DNA of 32,000 bases from Mycobacterium leprae TN (GCF_000195855.1 NC_002677.1:2220001-2252000); one strand, 5' to 3'; shown: positions 1-11,256, numbered from the stretch's first letter. Numbers and translations: made by a program. Notes: generated by a model not told the origin, from the sequence alone.

Positions 1-202
1 ATGACGGTGTAGCTCCGGCTTCGCGGATCACTGACTCGGCAATTTCGTCGAGGCTGAGACTCGACACCCCGGGGCCTGCAGCGTCCCGGACGGCGTGCAG
101 TGCTGCCGCGACCACTGCACCGGCTGCGGCCATCGCGTCAAGTTCGCCAACACTGCGCTGCGGCACAACCCTGCGACTGCGCAGCCGTGTCAACGCGCCC
201 AC
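1..202 (-). CDS. map: Methionine aminopeptidase, N-terminal part only (runs off the window edge)
   Basis: Reverse complement from GTG at 202 reads [67 protein letters not shown], a mycobacterial MapA N-terminus. It lies directly downstream of adk, the usual secY-adk-map order. Confidence 0.85.
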   Translation of the reverse strand, partial: MGALTRLRSRRVVPQRSVGELDAMAAAGAVVAAALHAVRDAAGPGVSSLSLDEIAESVIREAGATPS

Positions 203-213
203 AGCTACTTTAC

Positions 214-759
214 CTACTTTCCCAAGGCGTGCAACGCACGGGCAAACACTTCGTCCATGGTGCCGATGGCGTCAATAGTCTTCAATTCGCTGCTATAGTA
301 CTCCAACAGCGAAGCAGTCTCGTCACGGTAGATGTTCATCCGATTGATGACGACGTCGTCGGTGTCATCGGCGCGGCCCCGCCCTTTAAGCCGCTCCAGC
401 ACCACCGCCTGCGACACGCGAAACTCCAGCACGGCATCAATGTCGGTACCCCGGCGTTCCAGCATTTCATGCAGCGCCTTGGCTTGCTCGAGCGAGCGCG
501 GATACCCATCCAAGATAAACCCGTCGACCGTGTCCGATTTGTTCAGACGGTCGTCCACCAGCTGATTGGTCAGGTCGGCAGGAACCAAGTCGCCGGCGTC
601 CAGGTACTTCTTGGCCTCGTGCCCGAGTTTGGTGTCTTTTTCGATGTTGCGCCGGAACAATTCACCGGTGGAGATCTGCGGGATACCAAGCTTCTCGGCG
701 AGCCTTTGGGCTTGCGTGCCCTTGCCTGCCCCCGGCGGTCCCAGCAAAACAACTCTCAC
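214..759 (-). CDS. adk: Adenylate kinase
   Basis: 181-aa intact [35 protein letters not shown] (P-loop), [10 protein letters not shown] and [10 protein letters not shown] match short-form Adk. Confidence 0.98.
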
Positions 760-2072
760 TTCAGGAACCCTTCATAGTTGCGTTGCATCAGCTGACTCTC
801 GATCTGCTTGACCGTATCCAAGCCAACACCGATCATGATCAACACAGCGGTTCCCCCGAACGGTAAATTCTGGACCTCGCCGCCATTGCCGATCTGCAGG
901 AATAGATTGGGCAACACCGCGATCGCTCCAAGATAGATCGATCCCGGCAACGTAATTCGGCTTAGCACATAACGCAAATAGTCCGCCGTCGGCCGTCCCG
1001 GTCGAATGCCAGGAATGAAACCACCGAACTTCTTCATCTCGTCGGCACGTTCGTCGGGATTGAATGTTACCGATACATAGAAGTAGGTGAAGAAGATGAT
1101 AAGCCCGAAGTATATGTTGATATAAACGGGATCGGCCGGATCCGATAGGTAGGTGCCGACGAATTTGTCCCACCAGCTCTTGCCCACACCACCGCTGCCG
1201 CTGCGGACCAGCTGGGTGATCAGATGTGGAATGTAGATTAACGACGACGCGAAGATTACCGGAATAACGCCGGCCTGATTGACCTTGAGCGGCAGGTATG
1301 TTGAGGTCCCGCCATACATCCGCCGACCCACCATGCGCTTAGCGTATTGCACCGGGATTCGGCGCTGGCCCTGCTCAACGAAGACCACGCCAACGATGAT
1401 GACCAGTGCGGCCAGGCAAACAGCGGCAAAGATGACCCCACCCCGGCTATCTAGGATCTGTTTGCCCTCGGCGGGAATGCGGGCAGCGATACCGACGAAG
1501 ATCAATAACGACATGCCATTGCCGATACCACGTTCGGTGATCAACTCACCCATCCACATCACCAGCGCCGCACCGCCCGTCATCACCAGCACGATGACGA
1601 CCAGACTGAAGATGCTCTGGTCGGAGATGATGTCCTCCTGGCAACCCTGCAGCAGTCCACCGTTGGCCGCCAGCGCCACGATGCTGGTGGCTTGCAGGAC
1701 GGCTAGTGCGATAGCCAGATAGCGGGTGTATTGGGTCATTTTCGCTTGGCCTGCTTGACCCTCTTTGCGTAATTCTTCAAAGCGCGGGATCACCACGGTC
1801 AGCAACTGCACAATGATACTGGCGGTGATATAGGGCATCACCCCTACCGTGAGCTTTAGCAGCGCACCACCGGAGAACAAGTTAATCAGCGAGTAAATTT
1901 CCCCGGCTTCGCCGGCGGTGGCCTCTTGAATGCATTGCTGCACGTGCCGGTAGTTGACGCCCGGAGAGGGCAGTGCCGCACTGACGCGATAGAGCACGAG
2001 GATGCCCAGCGTGAAAAGGATCTTCCGCCTTAAATCGACTGTCCGCAGCGACGAGATGAAAGCCGAGAGCAC
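756..2072 (-). CDS. secY: Preprotein translocase subunit SecY
   Basis: ORF 756..2108. The likely real start is GTG at 2072 ([22 protein letters not shown]...), giving 438 aa. Multi-spanning membrane protein with ...LPSPGVNY... and ...[11 protein letters not shown].... 4-bp stop/start overlap with adk. Confidence 0.97.
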   Translation of the reverse strand: MLSAFISSLRTVDLRRKILFTLGILVLYRVSAALPSPGVNYRHVQQCIQEATAGEAGEIYSLINLFSGGALLKLTVGVMPYITASIIVQLLTVVIPRFEELRKEGQAGQAKMTQYTRYLAIALAVLQATSIVALAANGGLLQGCQEDIISDQSIFSLVVIVLVMTGGAALVMWMGELITERGIGNGMSLLIFVGIAARIPAEGKQILDSRGGVIFAAVCLAALVIIVGVVFVEQGQRRIPVQYAKRMVGRRMYGGTSTYLPLKVNQAGVIPVIFASSLIYIPHLITQLVRSGSGGVGKSWWDKFVGTYLSDPADPVYINIYFGLIIFFTYFYVSVTFNPDERADEMKKFGGFIPGIRPGRPTADYLRYVLSRITLPGSIYLGAIAVLPNLFLQIGNGGEVQNLPFGGTAVLIMIGVGLDTVKQIESQLMQRNYEGFLK

Positions 2073-2421
2073 TCTTCCTCCTGCGCAGCCAAACTCTTTT
2101 CGCGACATGCCAACCAGGCTGGTCCGGCTGGCATCGATTTCCGGGGGTTATCCTGCGTCTCGCGCATCATACCCGCAGGCAGGGACATACCGCGTCGCCC
2201 GTCAAACCGTGTACGAGACTAACAGCTGGTCTGTACAAGCCCCCTTGCGGGCCGCCGGGAAGCCCCGCGAATCAGGCCGGCAAGGCCGCCGAATACTCCA
2301 CCATCACATGCCGGACCCGGCCAGTCAACAAACGTAAAGTTTTGGGTAGGTCATTACAGTTGGCTAAGCATGAAGCGGCAAAACATCAGTATAAACGACG
2401 AAGGGCAACGGATGACGGGGA

Positions 2422-3190
2422 TTGAGCAACGCCCGACTTGAGATTGACCCTTGGGACCTGGCTACTGTATGGAGATGCCAACATGGCCGCCAACGGATCA
2501 GCAGTCTTGATCAACGATCAGTTCGCGGAAGCGACGGATATGGGAAACAAAGATATCTCGCGTCGGCGATTTTTCCTAAACACCGCACGAGGCAATATCC
2601 AGCAAACCGTCATTTTAGCAGCCGGCCTGGATGTCTGCGCCTATCGGCTGCTCTGGCCATCCCATACCACAGTGATCCAAATCTATCAACCCCAGGTGAT
2701 CTGTATTAAAGATCACGACGCCAGCCGCCCTAAGGCGCCCAGCCGACGGCGAAGCAACGCGCCGTGGGGATCGACCTGGACGACGAACGTGGAGCGCGGA
2801 AAGCTTGCTGATGTACCTTCCACCGGATACTCAAGACCGGCTGTTCTACAACATCACCGCGCTCAGCGCGCCGGGAAGCCAGCTCGCCACCGAATACCAT
2901 CCGGATTCGGGTGCGACGATGTCGCAGAGCGCGCAGGACTTCAGGCAAGCGGTGGGTCAAATTGGGTTGCGGCATCGACCTGTCCGGACTGTTCTGCGAC
3001 GGCAAGCGCAGCAATGTCATTCATTACCTGGCCTATTGCGGCTGGCAGGTGACGACCAGGCCACGGCGTGATTTGTTAGCCGATTACGGCCACGTCTTCC
3101 CAGACGACGATGAGATGTCTCAGTTCCGCAATGTTGTCACCGTTACTGCAATTCTGAGAACTGAACTCCGCCGACAGCAGACTTGATCTG
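2422..3190 (+). pseudogene. Decayed S-adenosylmethionine-dependent methyltransferase of the mycobacterial Rv0731c/Rv0726c type
   Basis: Matches spread over frames: [103 protein letters not shown]. Frameshifts lie between these blocks. Confidence 0.8.
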
Positions 3191-3215
3191 CGTTGGCCAG
3201 CAAGGAACCCAGCTG

Positions 3216-3899
3216 TTAGTCAGCCGTGATACGGCTATGCAAGTCGGCGGCGGGCGCTCGGGCAACCATTGGCACGGCGGGGAAGCAGTACGCCATCTCT
3301 GACCGTGACTTGCGCAGCGCAGCGGTGCCGTAACCCTTCTTTCGGTGATCGGGGCAAATCCAGACCCGAACATCCACCTCGCCATGGACGAGTTCACCGA
3401 ACACCATCCCAACCTTCGCGCCTGAGTCTACGGCCACAAACCACGCAGCCTCTTCGTCGGCGACGCGGACCAGCGCCGCACGGATCTCGTCATCAATGCT
3501 GCCGGCCGGTCCGCCAGACCCATCGCCGGCAGAATTGATTTCCGCGGTGCGGGCAGCGAAGATGTCACGGTCATCTTCGCCGGAAAAAGGTCGAAGCTCG
3601 AGACTTTCCCCCAGGCTTGCCGGGCGCTCCTGGAGGGTGAAACTCAGCTGCTTGTTCAGATCTTCCAGCTCGGCAAGGATCTTTTTGCGGGAGTCTTTGG
3701 TGAGCCGGTCGAACGACATGCTCATGACCGCTTCGGCAGCCAGGCGAGACGTGTCAAGCAGCTTGACGATCGCCTCGACTGCGGCGGGCTTATTTTCGGC
3801 CTCCACCACGGCGTCGGCTATCTCGTGGCGACGTTCCAGCGCCTTCAACAGAGCGTCAGCTGTCTCTCGTCGGGCAGCGGTTTGGTCGTGGTCAGTCAT
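3216..3899 (-). CDS. GNAT-like protein (Rv0730-like) with an N-terminal segment resembling the GyrA coiled-coil region
   Basis: Uninterrupted 227-aa ORF. C-terminal acetyltransferase motif-A-like stretch VDVRVWICPDHRKKGYGTAALRKSRSEMA. N-terminal ALLKALERRHEIADAVVEAENKPAAVEAIVKLLDTSRLAAEAVMSMSFDRLTKDSRKKILAELEDL. Flanked by pseudogenes but keeps an open frame. Confidence 0.65.
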   Translation of the reverse strand: MTDHDQTAARRETADALLKALERRHEIADAVVEAENKPAAVEAIVKLLDTSRLAAEAVMSMSFDRLTKDSRKKILAELEDLNKQLSFTLQERPASLGESLELRPFSGEDDRDIFAARTAEINSAGDGSGGPAGSIDDEIRAALVRVADEEAAWFVAVDSGAKVGMVFGELVHGEVDVRVWICPDHRKKGYGTAALRKSRSEMAYCFPAVPMVARAPAADLHSRITAD

Positions 3900-3939
3900 G
3901 GCATAAGCCTAGAACGCCACCTCGATTGTCGCGCTAGGC

Positions 3940-4990
3940 CACGAGGCTAGACGCCAAGCAACAGCCGGTCTGCTAGCGTGAAAAACCCCAACCCCCAATG
4001 CCGCTCCCTCAGCCACCTGCACCGGTCCGACGGGTCGCGTCGGCGATGGCCTGATTCCAACGCCAGACCACAGTACCGCCGCCAGCGACCACGATGCGCG
4101 ATACCGATATTCCACTCAGTTCGATGAGCTGGCGAACCACAAAGCCGGACACCTTGTATGCACCCAGCCGAGGAATAATCTGCCGGAATTGCTGGCTCGT
4201 CCGATCTGACTCTTCCCGGCGGCTGGGTGCGGGGTTGCCCACAGCCCAGGAACCCGTCTTGGCTCCAGGGTAGGGATCCATACAATCAAGGTAGTGCTAC
4301 ACAGCACCAGCACGTCGCCGGCGCGGTCAACGCCAGCCACGATCCGTTAAGCACCAACGACACTGCCGGTCGCCAACACGGAGCTGCTCTCGGCGAACTT
4401 GGCCAACAGCCGCTCCGATTGCCTCCGCTTGAGCATGCGGTCGACGGTCACTCCGCAGCCGTTGCATGCCATCAAGCTCCACTCGGTGCCGCCGAAGAGG
4501 GGCCAGAACCGTGATAGCTATGGCAAAGTCTATCACTGCCTCGCCGGCCAGCATGTAGTTGGCTACCGCTGGTGGCGGGTTAGTAGCTGACCGCCTCAGC
4601 GGCGGCCGTCCAGCACAGAAACTCGGCGGCCTCGCCCACCGGCGGAAGCAGTTGTGCCGGTGAGACCAAGTCAGCGGGCACCCGGTCCCAGCTGTTGCCG
4701 TACAGCAGTCCCGACACGACGAGCCTGCCTGCGGAATCGATGGCGGTCAACGTGGGGACCATGGACGCAACGGCCACCACCTTGATGTCGGTCCGAATCA
4801 ATCGGTCCAGGGCCGCCAACGGACCCTGCAGCCATGCCTGGTTGGCGTCGTGTTCCAACCGATCGGGGGTCGGCACCTGCAGCTGGTGGCCAATCCACTG
4901 CCGAGCCTTCACGTGACCGTTCTCGTCTGCAACCACCGCTTTGAACGCGATGCTACCGACGTCGATGCCGATTGTGACGCCTTTACGCGA
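3940..4990 (-). pseudogene. xylB: Decayed FGGY-family sugar kinase, xylulokinase-like
   Basis: N-terminal GVTIGIDVGSIAFKAVVADENGHV (near 4985-4910), then HDANQAWLQGPLAALDRL, VASMVPTLTAIDSAGRLV. C-terminal LIELSGISVSRIVVAGGGT...WNQAIADATRR and VQVAEGAALGVGVF. The blocks are in different frames. Confidence 0.75.
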
Positions 4991-5009
4991 TACAGACGTT
5001 GCTGTACAA

Positions 5010-5960
5010 CAGCATTGGCTTTCGCCGACGTCTCTACCACGTGCCTTGGTAACAGCTCAGCTGCAAGGACCGGGCTTCGCTAAGCTTCGAGAGTTGGCCT
5101 ACGTGGTGTACAACCCTTGGATAGGTGAGCGCGATCAGACCCCGCTTAAGCTCTACAACACAGCTGGCCAACCGGATCGCACACAAAGGCATCGATGTGG
5201 TGGTAGAAAGCGACTCGGTCGGTACCCGGGTCTTTTACCAGGGATGGCGCGCCGTACTCTCCATCGCAGCCCCCGCGGGGATCCCACCAACGTCGATATT
5301 CCTGACACCATCGCAGCCGGCATTCCGGTGCTGAACACCCTGGCCGACAACGCCGACGCGGTCACCGAGATGGCTGTGACTTTGTGGCTAACGGCCACCC
5401 GTCATCTGCTGAACCACATATGTGAATATCTTCAGCGGCAACATGTTTCGTGATGGCAACATTCCCTATCAGCAGTTCCATTGAGGAGAAATCGCCAAGC
5501 GCACAGCAGGGCTGGTTGGCCTGGATGCGGTTGCCTAGCGTTACAGTGGCGGCTATCAGGGCTGGGCTTGCGGGTCATCACCACCGACCCTTACAACGAC
5601 GAAGCCCGCCACAACCTCGACGAGCTGCGCAACGAGGCTGATGTCCCCTCGCTGCACGCATCGATCACCGACGAAACCATAGAGATGGTAGACACAAAAC
5701 AACTTCGGACCTTACGTGATGGTGTCGTCTTGCTCAACACCGCTCGGTCTCAGCTGCACGACACCTACGCACTGGTAGACGAGTTGCGCCAAAACCGGGT
5801 AGCCACCGCAGGACTCGACCACTTCGTCAGCGAGTGACTGCCGCCCCCGATTACCCGTTGGTGGATACGCCCAACGTCGTACTCACCCCGCACATCAGCC
5901 GCGCGACGTGGAACACTGAGGACCAGCCGAGCACAGATAGTTGCCGACGATCTAGAAGCG
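5010..5960 (+). pseudogene. serA2: Decayed D-3-phosphoglycerate dehydrogenase-like gene (serA2-type)
   Basis: AQLQGPGFAKLRELAYVVYNPWI, IAAGIPVLNTLADNADAVTEMAVTLWLTATR, GLRVITTDPYNDEA, LRTLRDGVVLLNTARSQLHDTYALVDELRQNRVATAGLDHF. This is the 2-hydroxyacid dehydrogenase fold pattern, broken by frameshifts. Confidence 0.75.
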
Positions 5961-6490
5961 TTGCTAGTCAGACAACACGCCCGCCTACATTCTGAACACA
6001 GAAGTACTCGTCCTGATGACAACTGCGAAAGCCGTCCCCACCCCGAAGCTACGGCTGGCGACGAACAAAGACATGCTGATCCGGGGACTTGGTCGAGGGA
6101 ACGGCGGGCAACATTTCAGCCCGGAACTGCAACGGCAACATCGTCATCACGCTGTTGTCGGTCGACTACCGGGACATGCTACCCGACGATCTTATGCTGA
6201 TCTATCCCGAAGAGGGAATCATAGGAACGAAAGCCAGCCGGGTGCCGTCGTCGCAAATCAAGTTGCATATGGCGTGCCAAAAAGCGTTCAACGACATCGA
6301 CAGCGTCATTCACAGTCATCCTGGTGCGGTCGACCACGCTCGCCATCGCTCATAAGCCGATTCCAGCTTGCATTGACGAGTTCGCAGTCTAATACGGCGA
6401 GCACATTCAGTGCCCTGGCAACGGAAAAACCGACACGCCGCGGATGTCCCTTGCAATGCAGTGGAAAACCTCTCTAGAATTCTAGCACAC
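5960..6490 (+). pseudogene. fucA: Decayed class II aldolase, L-fuculose-phosphate aldolase-like
   Basis: GTAGNISARNCNGNIVIT, DYRDMLPDDLMLI, EGIIGTKASRVPSSQIKLHMACQKAFNDIDSVIHSHP. The class II aldolase motifs GNISAR and HSHP are split between frames. Confidence 0.75.
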
Positions 6491-6935
6491 CTAATCTAGG
6501 TTTAATGGAGAGCTACGACGCGCGTGGGATCGCGAGTCGGCGAATTGGATAGCAGAAACAGCCACACAGCATCAGGCGTGACTGTGGCACTGTTTACCGG
6601 TTGTTCCAAACTGACCGCCAAATCGGCCCAGAGCATAGCACACGCCTGTACGCGGGTGCATAAGTAACGTGGATACCTCCGGAGGATATTACCACTAACC
6701 GAAAAAGGTGGAGGACGCAAAGAACAAGTTCGAGGTCAACGCCCCAAGAGAGCGCTGCCCTCGAAAAGAAGGATCAGGGATCCTGGGATCGGGAAGCCGA
6801 GGCAATGGCCACCTTACGCACGTAAAGTGCAGGCTTAGCTGTCGAAAGTAACTCCATTTGGAGAAGTGTCACAGATCGTCGCCCCGTCACTCTGACTAAC
6901 CGTTTTCAACGAGATGAGCCACATCGCTAAGACTC

Positions 6936-8744
6936 TCAAAACCGGTACTCCCCCAACCACAGCACTCTGACACCGCTTAACGCTTGCTCGACCTGTTCGA
7001 GTATCCCGGCAACCGAGCGTCCTAGCAGCGTGGCTACCGCGTCTGGCAACGACGCAGCCCCGGGTTGCGACGACGCACGGGGTCGTACCATGTCCAGCAA
7101 CGACGAGCCGGGGTAACTGACGATGCGGACATCGACGTCCGCATCCAAACCGGCTAGGACCTTGGCTCTGCGCACCGCGGTTACAAGCCCGCCGAGTTCG
7201 TCGACCAGACCGCGTTCGAGAGCATCGGCACCAGTCCAAATCCGCCCTCGCGCAACATCATCCACTGCATCAGTGGTCATGCCGCGGCCTTCTGCTACGC
7301 GTTCAAGAAAGTCAGCATAGCACAGGTCCGCCTCGGCCTCTCGATGGGTGTGCTGCTCCGGCGTGAACGGCACGTTAGCCGACCACGCATCAGCATTGGC
7401 GTTGGTGCGCACCGTATCTGACCCAACGCCCAACCGACCTTTCAGGTCCCGAATCACCAGCTTCCCGGTGATCACGCCAATCGAACCGGTGATCGTACCG
7501 GGATTGGCCACAATCTCGTCAGCGCCCACCGAGACGTAGTAGCCGCCAGAGGCAGCTACCGCCCCCATGGAAACCACTACCGGCTTGCCGCGATCGCGGG
7601 CCCTTTTCACCTCACGCCAGATGGTTTCAGATGCGGTAACCGAGCCACCCGGGCTGTTCACCCGCAGCACAATCGCGGACACTGAATCGTCGGCAGCGAC
7701 CTCGCGGAGCGCCGCCGCAATGGTGTCACCACCGCCGGTAGAGATACCGAACGGCAGAAACTGCGGTCCACCGCGCCCGTTGACAATCGGACCTTCCAGA
7801 GTGACCACGACAACCGTTGGCTTGGATCGGCGTCCGGGAATCAACGGCATGGGGGGCATCAACCGTGACCGGCCCGCACTAGCGTAGCGCGACAAATACA
7901 GTCGCGGTAGACCGTCGTTGGCCTCTGTTCTCGCCTGCGGCTCGCTTGAATTTGGTGTAATACTTTCAGCACCAACAAGTTCCGCTATACGAGCATAAGC
8001 TTCGTCGCGGAATCCAATACGGTCGACCAAACCGGAAGCGACCGCGTCATCGCGTAACAGAGGAGCCCGGTCGGCCAACGGATTGAGCGCTGCGGGATCG
8101 ATCCTGCGTGATTCGGCGATCCCCTGCCACACCTGGCCTTGCAGACTTTCCAGCATTCGGCTGACCGCCTCGCGGTGAGCGTCGGTGAAGCCGCCTTCGG
8201 TGAAAAGGTTTGCCGCTGACTTGTATTCACCCCGTGCGACGAACTGCGCTTCGATCCCTACCTTGGCCAGCACGTCGCGTAGAAACGTGGCATTGCTAGC
8301 GAAGCCGACCAGCCCGACACTACCCGACGGCTGCATCCAGACCTCACCAAAGGCCGAAGCCAGGTAGTAGGACAGCGTGCCAGGATAAGTCTCGGCCCAG
8401 GCCAGTGACGGCTTGACCGCACTGAAAGTGGCGACGGCTTCGCGCAGTTCCTGCACTGCCGCAGGCGGCGACGCACCAAGCTGAACGCGGGCAATCATAC
8501 CGGCGACCCGGGGGTCGGCGGCGGCGCGGTGAATCGCGGCGACAGCCTCGCGCAGGGCCATCGGTCGGCCACCCCTAGTGATAATTGTGAAGGGGTCAAA
8601 GCTGGTCGTTTCCGGCGGCAACGACCGCAGATTGACTTCGAGCACGCAACCATTCGGTATGCCATGGTGACGGGCCGTGTTAACCCGGTTGGCCAGGGCA
8701 CGCACGTCATCGATACCAGGAAAAGGGGGCAGAAAGGCGGACAT
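6936..8744 (-). CDS. sppA: Signal peptide peptidase SppA / protease IV
   Basis: Intact ORF 6936..8813; likely start MSAFLPPFPGIDDVRALANRV at about 8744. ARGEYKSAANLF (Lys region), VLRVNSPGGSVTASETIWREVKRAR and VVSMGAVAASGGYYVSVGAD (Ser region). Confidence 0.93.
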   Translation of the reverse strand: MSAFLPPFPGIDDVRALANRVNTARHHGIPNGCVLEVNLRSLPPETTSFDPFTIITRGGRPMALREAVAAIHRAAADPRVAGMIARVQLGASPPAAVQELREAVATFSAVKPSLAWAETYPGTLSYYLASAFGEVWMQPSGSVGLVGFASNATFLRDVLAKVGIEAQFVARGEYKSAANLFTEGGFTDAHREAVSRMLESLQGQVWQGIAESRRIDPAALNPLADRAPLLRDDAVASGLVDRIGFRDEAYARIAELVGAESITPNSSEPQARTEANDGLPRLYLSRYASAGRSRLMPPMPLIPGRRSKPTVVVVTLEGPIVNGRGGPQFLPFGISTGGGDTIAAALREVAADDSVSAIVLRVNSPGGSVTASETIWREVKRARDRGKPVVVSMGAVAASGGYYVSVGADEIVANPGTITGSIGVITGKLVIRDLKGRLGVGSDTVRTNANADAWSANVPFTPEQHTHREAEADLCYADFLERVAEGRGMTTDAVDDVARGRIWTGADALERGLVDELGGLVTAVRRAKVLAGLDADVDVRIVSYPGSSLLDMVRPRASSQPGAASLPDAVATLLGRSVAGILEQVEQALSGVRVLWLGEYRF

Positions 8745-8979
8745 GCTTGCAGCGTACCGATACGTGGCGTCGGACATCTCAGACCGCTGCTCAGCCGTGG
8801 TGAAGCCACCCACCGTACAGTGGTGAAGTGAAGTTCTCGATCACTATGATCCCCGCAGACGGACTTCGATGACGCCGAGCTCCACACCCAGGTCATCGGG
8901 GAAACACTGCAACTGACCCTCGGCCGTAACCACCGTCGTCAACCGGATCAGCCACAGAGTCGCACAAAACCGAGCTGAC

Positions 8980-9420
8980 TTAGAGCTCGGTAACAGAGCC
9001 GCCAGCTACGGTGATCTTGTGACGCGCACTGCCGCTGAACTTATGCGCGGACAGGGTGACTTTGACAGTCAGCTTGCCGTCACCTAGAATTTTAACCAAT
9101 GAGTTTTTACGAATAGCTTTCTTGGCGACTAAGTCGTTTACGCTGATTGTGCCGCCTTCAGGGAACAGCCGGCTTATGTCACCGACATTGACGACCGCAT
9201 ATTCTGTCCGTAATCGATTCCGGAATCCCTTCAGCTTAGGCAACCGCATGTGGATTGGCATCTGCCCGCCCTCAAAGGTCACTGGTACCTGCTTACGGGC
9301 TTTGGTACCCTTGGTACCGCGGCCAGCCGTCTTGCCTTTCGAGGCCTCACCGCGGCCGACCCGGGTACGTGTAGTTTTCGACCCGCGCGCAGGTTGCAGG
9401 TCGTGCAGCTTAATCGTCAC
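8980..9420 (-). CDS. rplO: Ribosomal protein L15 (uL15)
   Basis: 146-aa ORF: [38 protein letters not shown]... Confidence 0.98.
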   Translation of the reverse strand: MTIKLHDLQPARGSKTTRTRVGRGEASKGKTAGRGTKGTKARKQVPVTFEGGQMPIHMRLPKLKGFRNRLRTEYAVVNVGDISRLFPEGGTISVNDLVAKKAIRKNSLVKILGDGKLTVKVTLSAHKFSGSARHKITVAGGSVTEL

Positions 9421-9636
9421 TTAATCTCTCCCCCCACCCACAGGAGTACTACCTCCGGTGGCCGGCTCCACCTCGACGAGGTGACGCACCACAGCGATCA
9501 GCCCGCGGGTTTGGAGGTTGTCTTCGCGAATCACCGAATGCCGAATCCGCCTCAGGCCCAGGGTGCGCAGGCTCTCACGCTGCTTCCACCGCACCCCGAT
9601 CGTGCTACGTACCTGGGTAATCTTCAGACTTGCCAT
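9421..9636 (-). CDS. rpmD: Ribosomal protein L30 (uL30)
   Basis: 71-aa ORF: [35 protein letters not shown]... Confidence 0.97.
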
Positions 9637-9638
9637 GG

Positions 9639-10292
9639 TTATGCCTGTTCCCTCACGCGCCCCACTGGCCGATCAACGCTTCGCTCTCCCGCCACGCCTG
9701 CAGGATCCCAGCTCCGAGGCAACATACCCGATCGCAGGCCGCGCCGGGCCGCCACCTCATCAGGACGCTGCAGCAGCTTGAGCGCAGCCACGGTGGCATG
9801 CACCACATTGATCGCATTGTCACTGCCCAAGGATTTAGCCAGGATATCGTGCACCCCAGCGCATTCCAGCACAGCACGTACCGCGCCGCCGGCGATAACA
9901 CCGGTACCAGGGCTGGCAGGGCGCAACAGCACCACGCCCGCGGCTGCCTCGCCCTGTACGGGGTGAGTGATAGTGCCATCGATCAGCGGCACCCGGAAGA
10001 AGCTTTTACGGGCCTCTTCTACGCCCTTGGCAATCGCGGCGGGGACTTCCTTGGCCTTACCATAACCAACGCCAACCATGCCGTGTCCGTCACCCACGAT
10101 GACCAAAGCGGTGAAGCTGAATCGCCGACCACCTTTAACGACCTTGGAGACCCGGTTGATGGCAACAACCCGTTCCAGGTAGTTGCCCTTCTCACCATCA
10201 CGGTCCCGATCGCGACCGCCGCGGCTACCTCCCTCGCGCCGGCTACGACCCTCGCGGCTATCACCTAGCAGGCCAGCTGACTGCGCCGCCAT
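9639..10292 (-). CDS. rpsE: Ribosomal protein S5 (uS5)
   Basis: 217-aa ORF with [51 protein letters not shown]. Confidence 0.98.
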
Positions 10293-10320
10293 TATAGCAG
10301 CCCTCCAGGCTTGCTTGTCA

Positions 10321-10689
10321 TCAGAAATTCAATCCGTTCTCGCGCACGGAATCGGCCAGCGCCGCGATGCGTCCACCGTAGGTGTATCCGCCACGGTCGA
10401 ATACCACCGTGTTAATGCCAGCGGCCTTGGCCCGCTCGGCGATCAATTGGCCGACCCGCACACTGCGGACTTTCTTGTCACCTTGCAGACCGCGCACGTC
10501 GGCCTCGATCGATGACGCAGCAGCCACCGTAGTGCCGGTGACGTCGTTAACCAGTTGCACGTGAATGTGCCTCGCGGACCGGTTCACCACCAACCGTGGA
10601 CGCTCCGAGGTGCCTGACACTTTCTTGCGCAGCCGCGCGTGCCTACGCAGCCGAGAGACCCTACGAATCGCGGAAACTGACTGCACCAC
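10321..10689 (-). CDS. rplR: Ribosomal protein L18 (uL18)
   Basis: 122-aa ORF with [31 protein letters not shown]...[26 protein letters not shown]. Confidence 0.97.
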   Translation of the reverse strand: MVQSVSAIRRVSRLRRHARLRKKVSGTSERPRLVVNRSARHIHVQLVNDVTGTTVAAASSIEADVRGLQGDKKVRSVRVGQLIAERAKAAGINTVVFDRGGYTYGGRIAALADSVRENGLNF

Positions 10690-10691
10690 GA

Positions 10692-11231
10692 CTACTTACC
10701 TGTTTTTCCGACCTTGCGGCGAATCTGTTCGCCCTCGTAACGCACGCCCTTACCCTTATAAGGGTCAGGACGGCGCAGACGGCGGATGTTCGCCGAGATC
10801 TGACCAACCTTCTGCTTGTCGATCCCCGTGATAGTGAACTTCGTCGGTGACTGAACCGCGAACGTGATACCCTCGGGAGCCTCGATCACCACTGGATGGC
10901 TATACCCTAGCGCGAATTCCAGATTGGAGCCCTTGAGCTGGGCCCGGTAACCGACACCGAAGATCTCCATGCTGACAGTGTAACCCTGCGTCACACCGGT
11001 GACCAGGTTGGACACCAAAGTGCGCGACAATCCGTGCAGCGAGCGGTTGCGCCGCTCATTGTCGGGACGGGTGACCACGATTGCACCTTCGTCGTTGCGC
11101 GCCAACATGATCGGCTCAGCGACCGTCAAATCCAGAGTACCCTTGGGCCCCTTCACCAAGACGTTTTGACCATCGATCGTGATGTCGACTCCGGCGGGGA
11201 CCGGAATCGGCTGCTTACCAATGCGCGACAT
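10692..11231 (-). CDS. rplF: Ribosomal protein L6 (uL6)
   Basis: 179-aa ORF: [33 protein letters not shown]...[15 protein letters not shown]. Confidence 0.98.
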   Translation of the reverse strand: MSRIGKQPIPVPAGVDITIDGQNVLVKGPKGTLDLTVAEPIMLARNDEGAIVVTRPDNERRNRSLHGLSRTLVSNLVTGVTQGYTVSMEIFGVGYRAQLKGSNLEFALGYSHPVVIEAPEGITFAVQSPTKFTITGIDKQKVGQISANIRRLRRPDPYKGKGVRYEGEQIRRKVGKTGK

Positions 11232-11256
11232 GATCGTTTACTCCATGCTCTCACAG

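Noticed and set aside
100-777. 225-aa plus-strand ORF
   Set aside because: Antisense to adk and map in high-GC DNA; adk is clearly the real gene.
9250-10268. Long plus-strand ORFs of 238 aa (9250..9966) and 212 aa (9630..10268)
   Set aside because: They are antisense shadows of rplO, rpmD and rpsE, which are unmistakable on the minus strand. Their translations show no family pattern.
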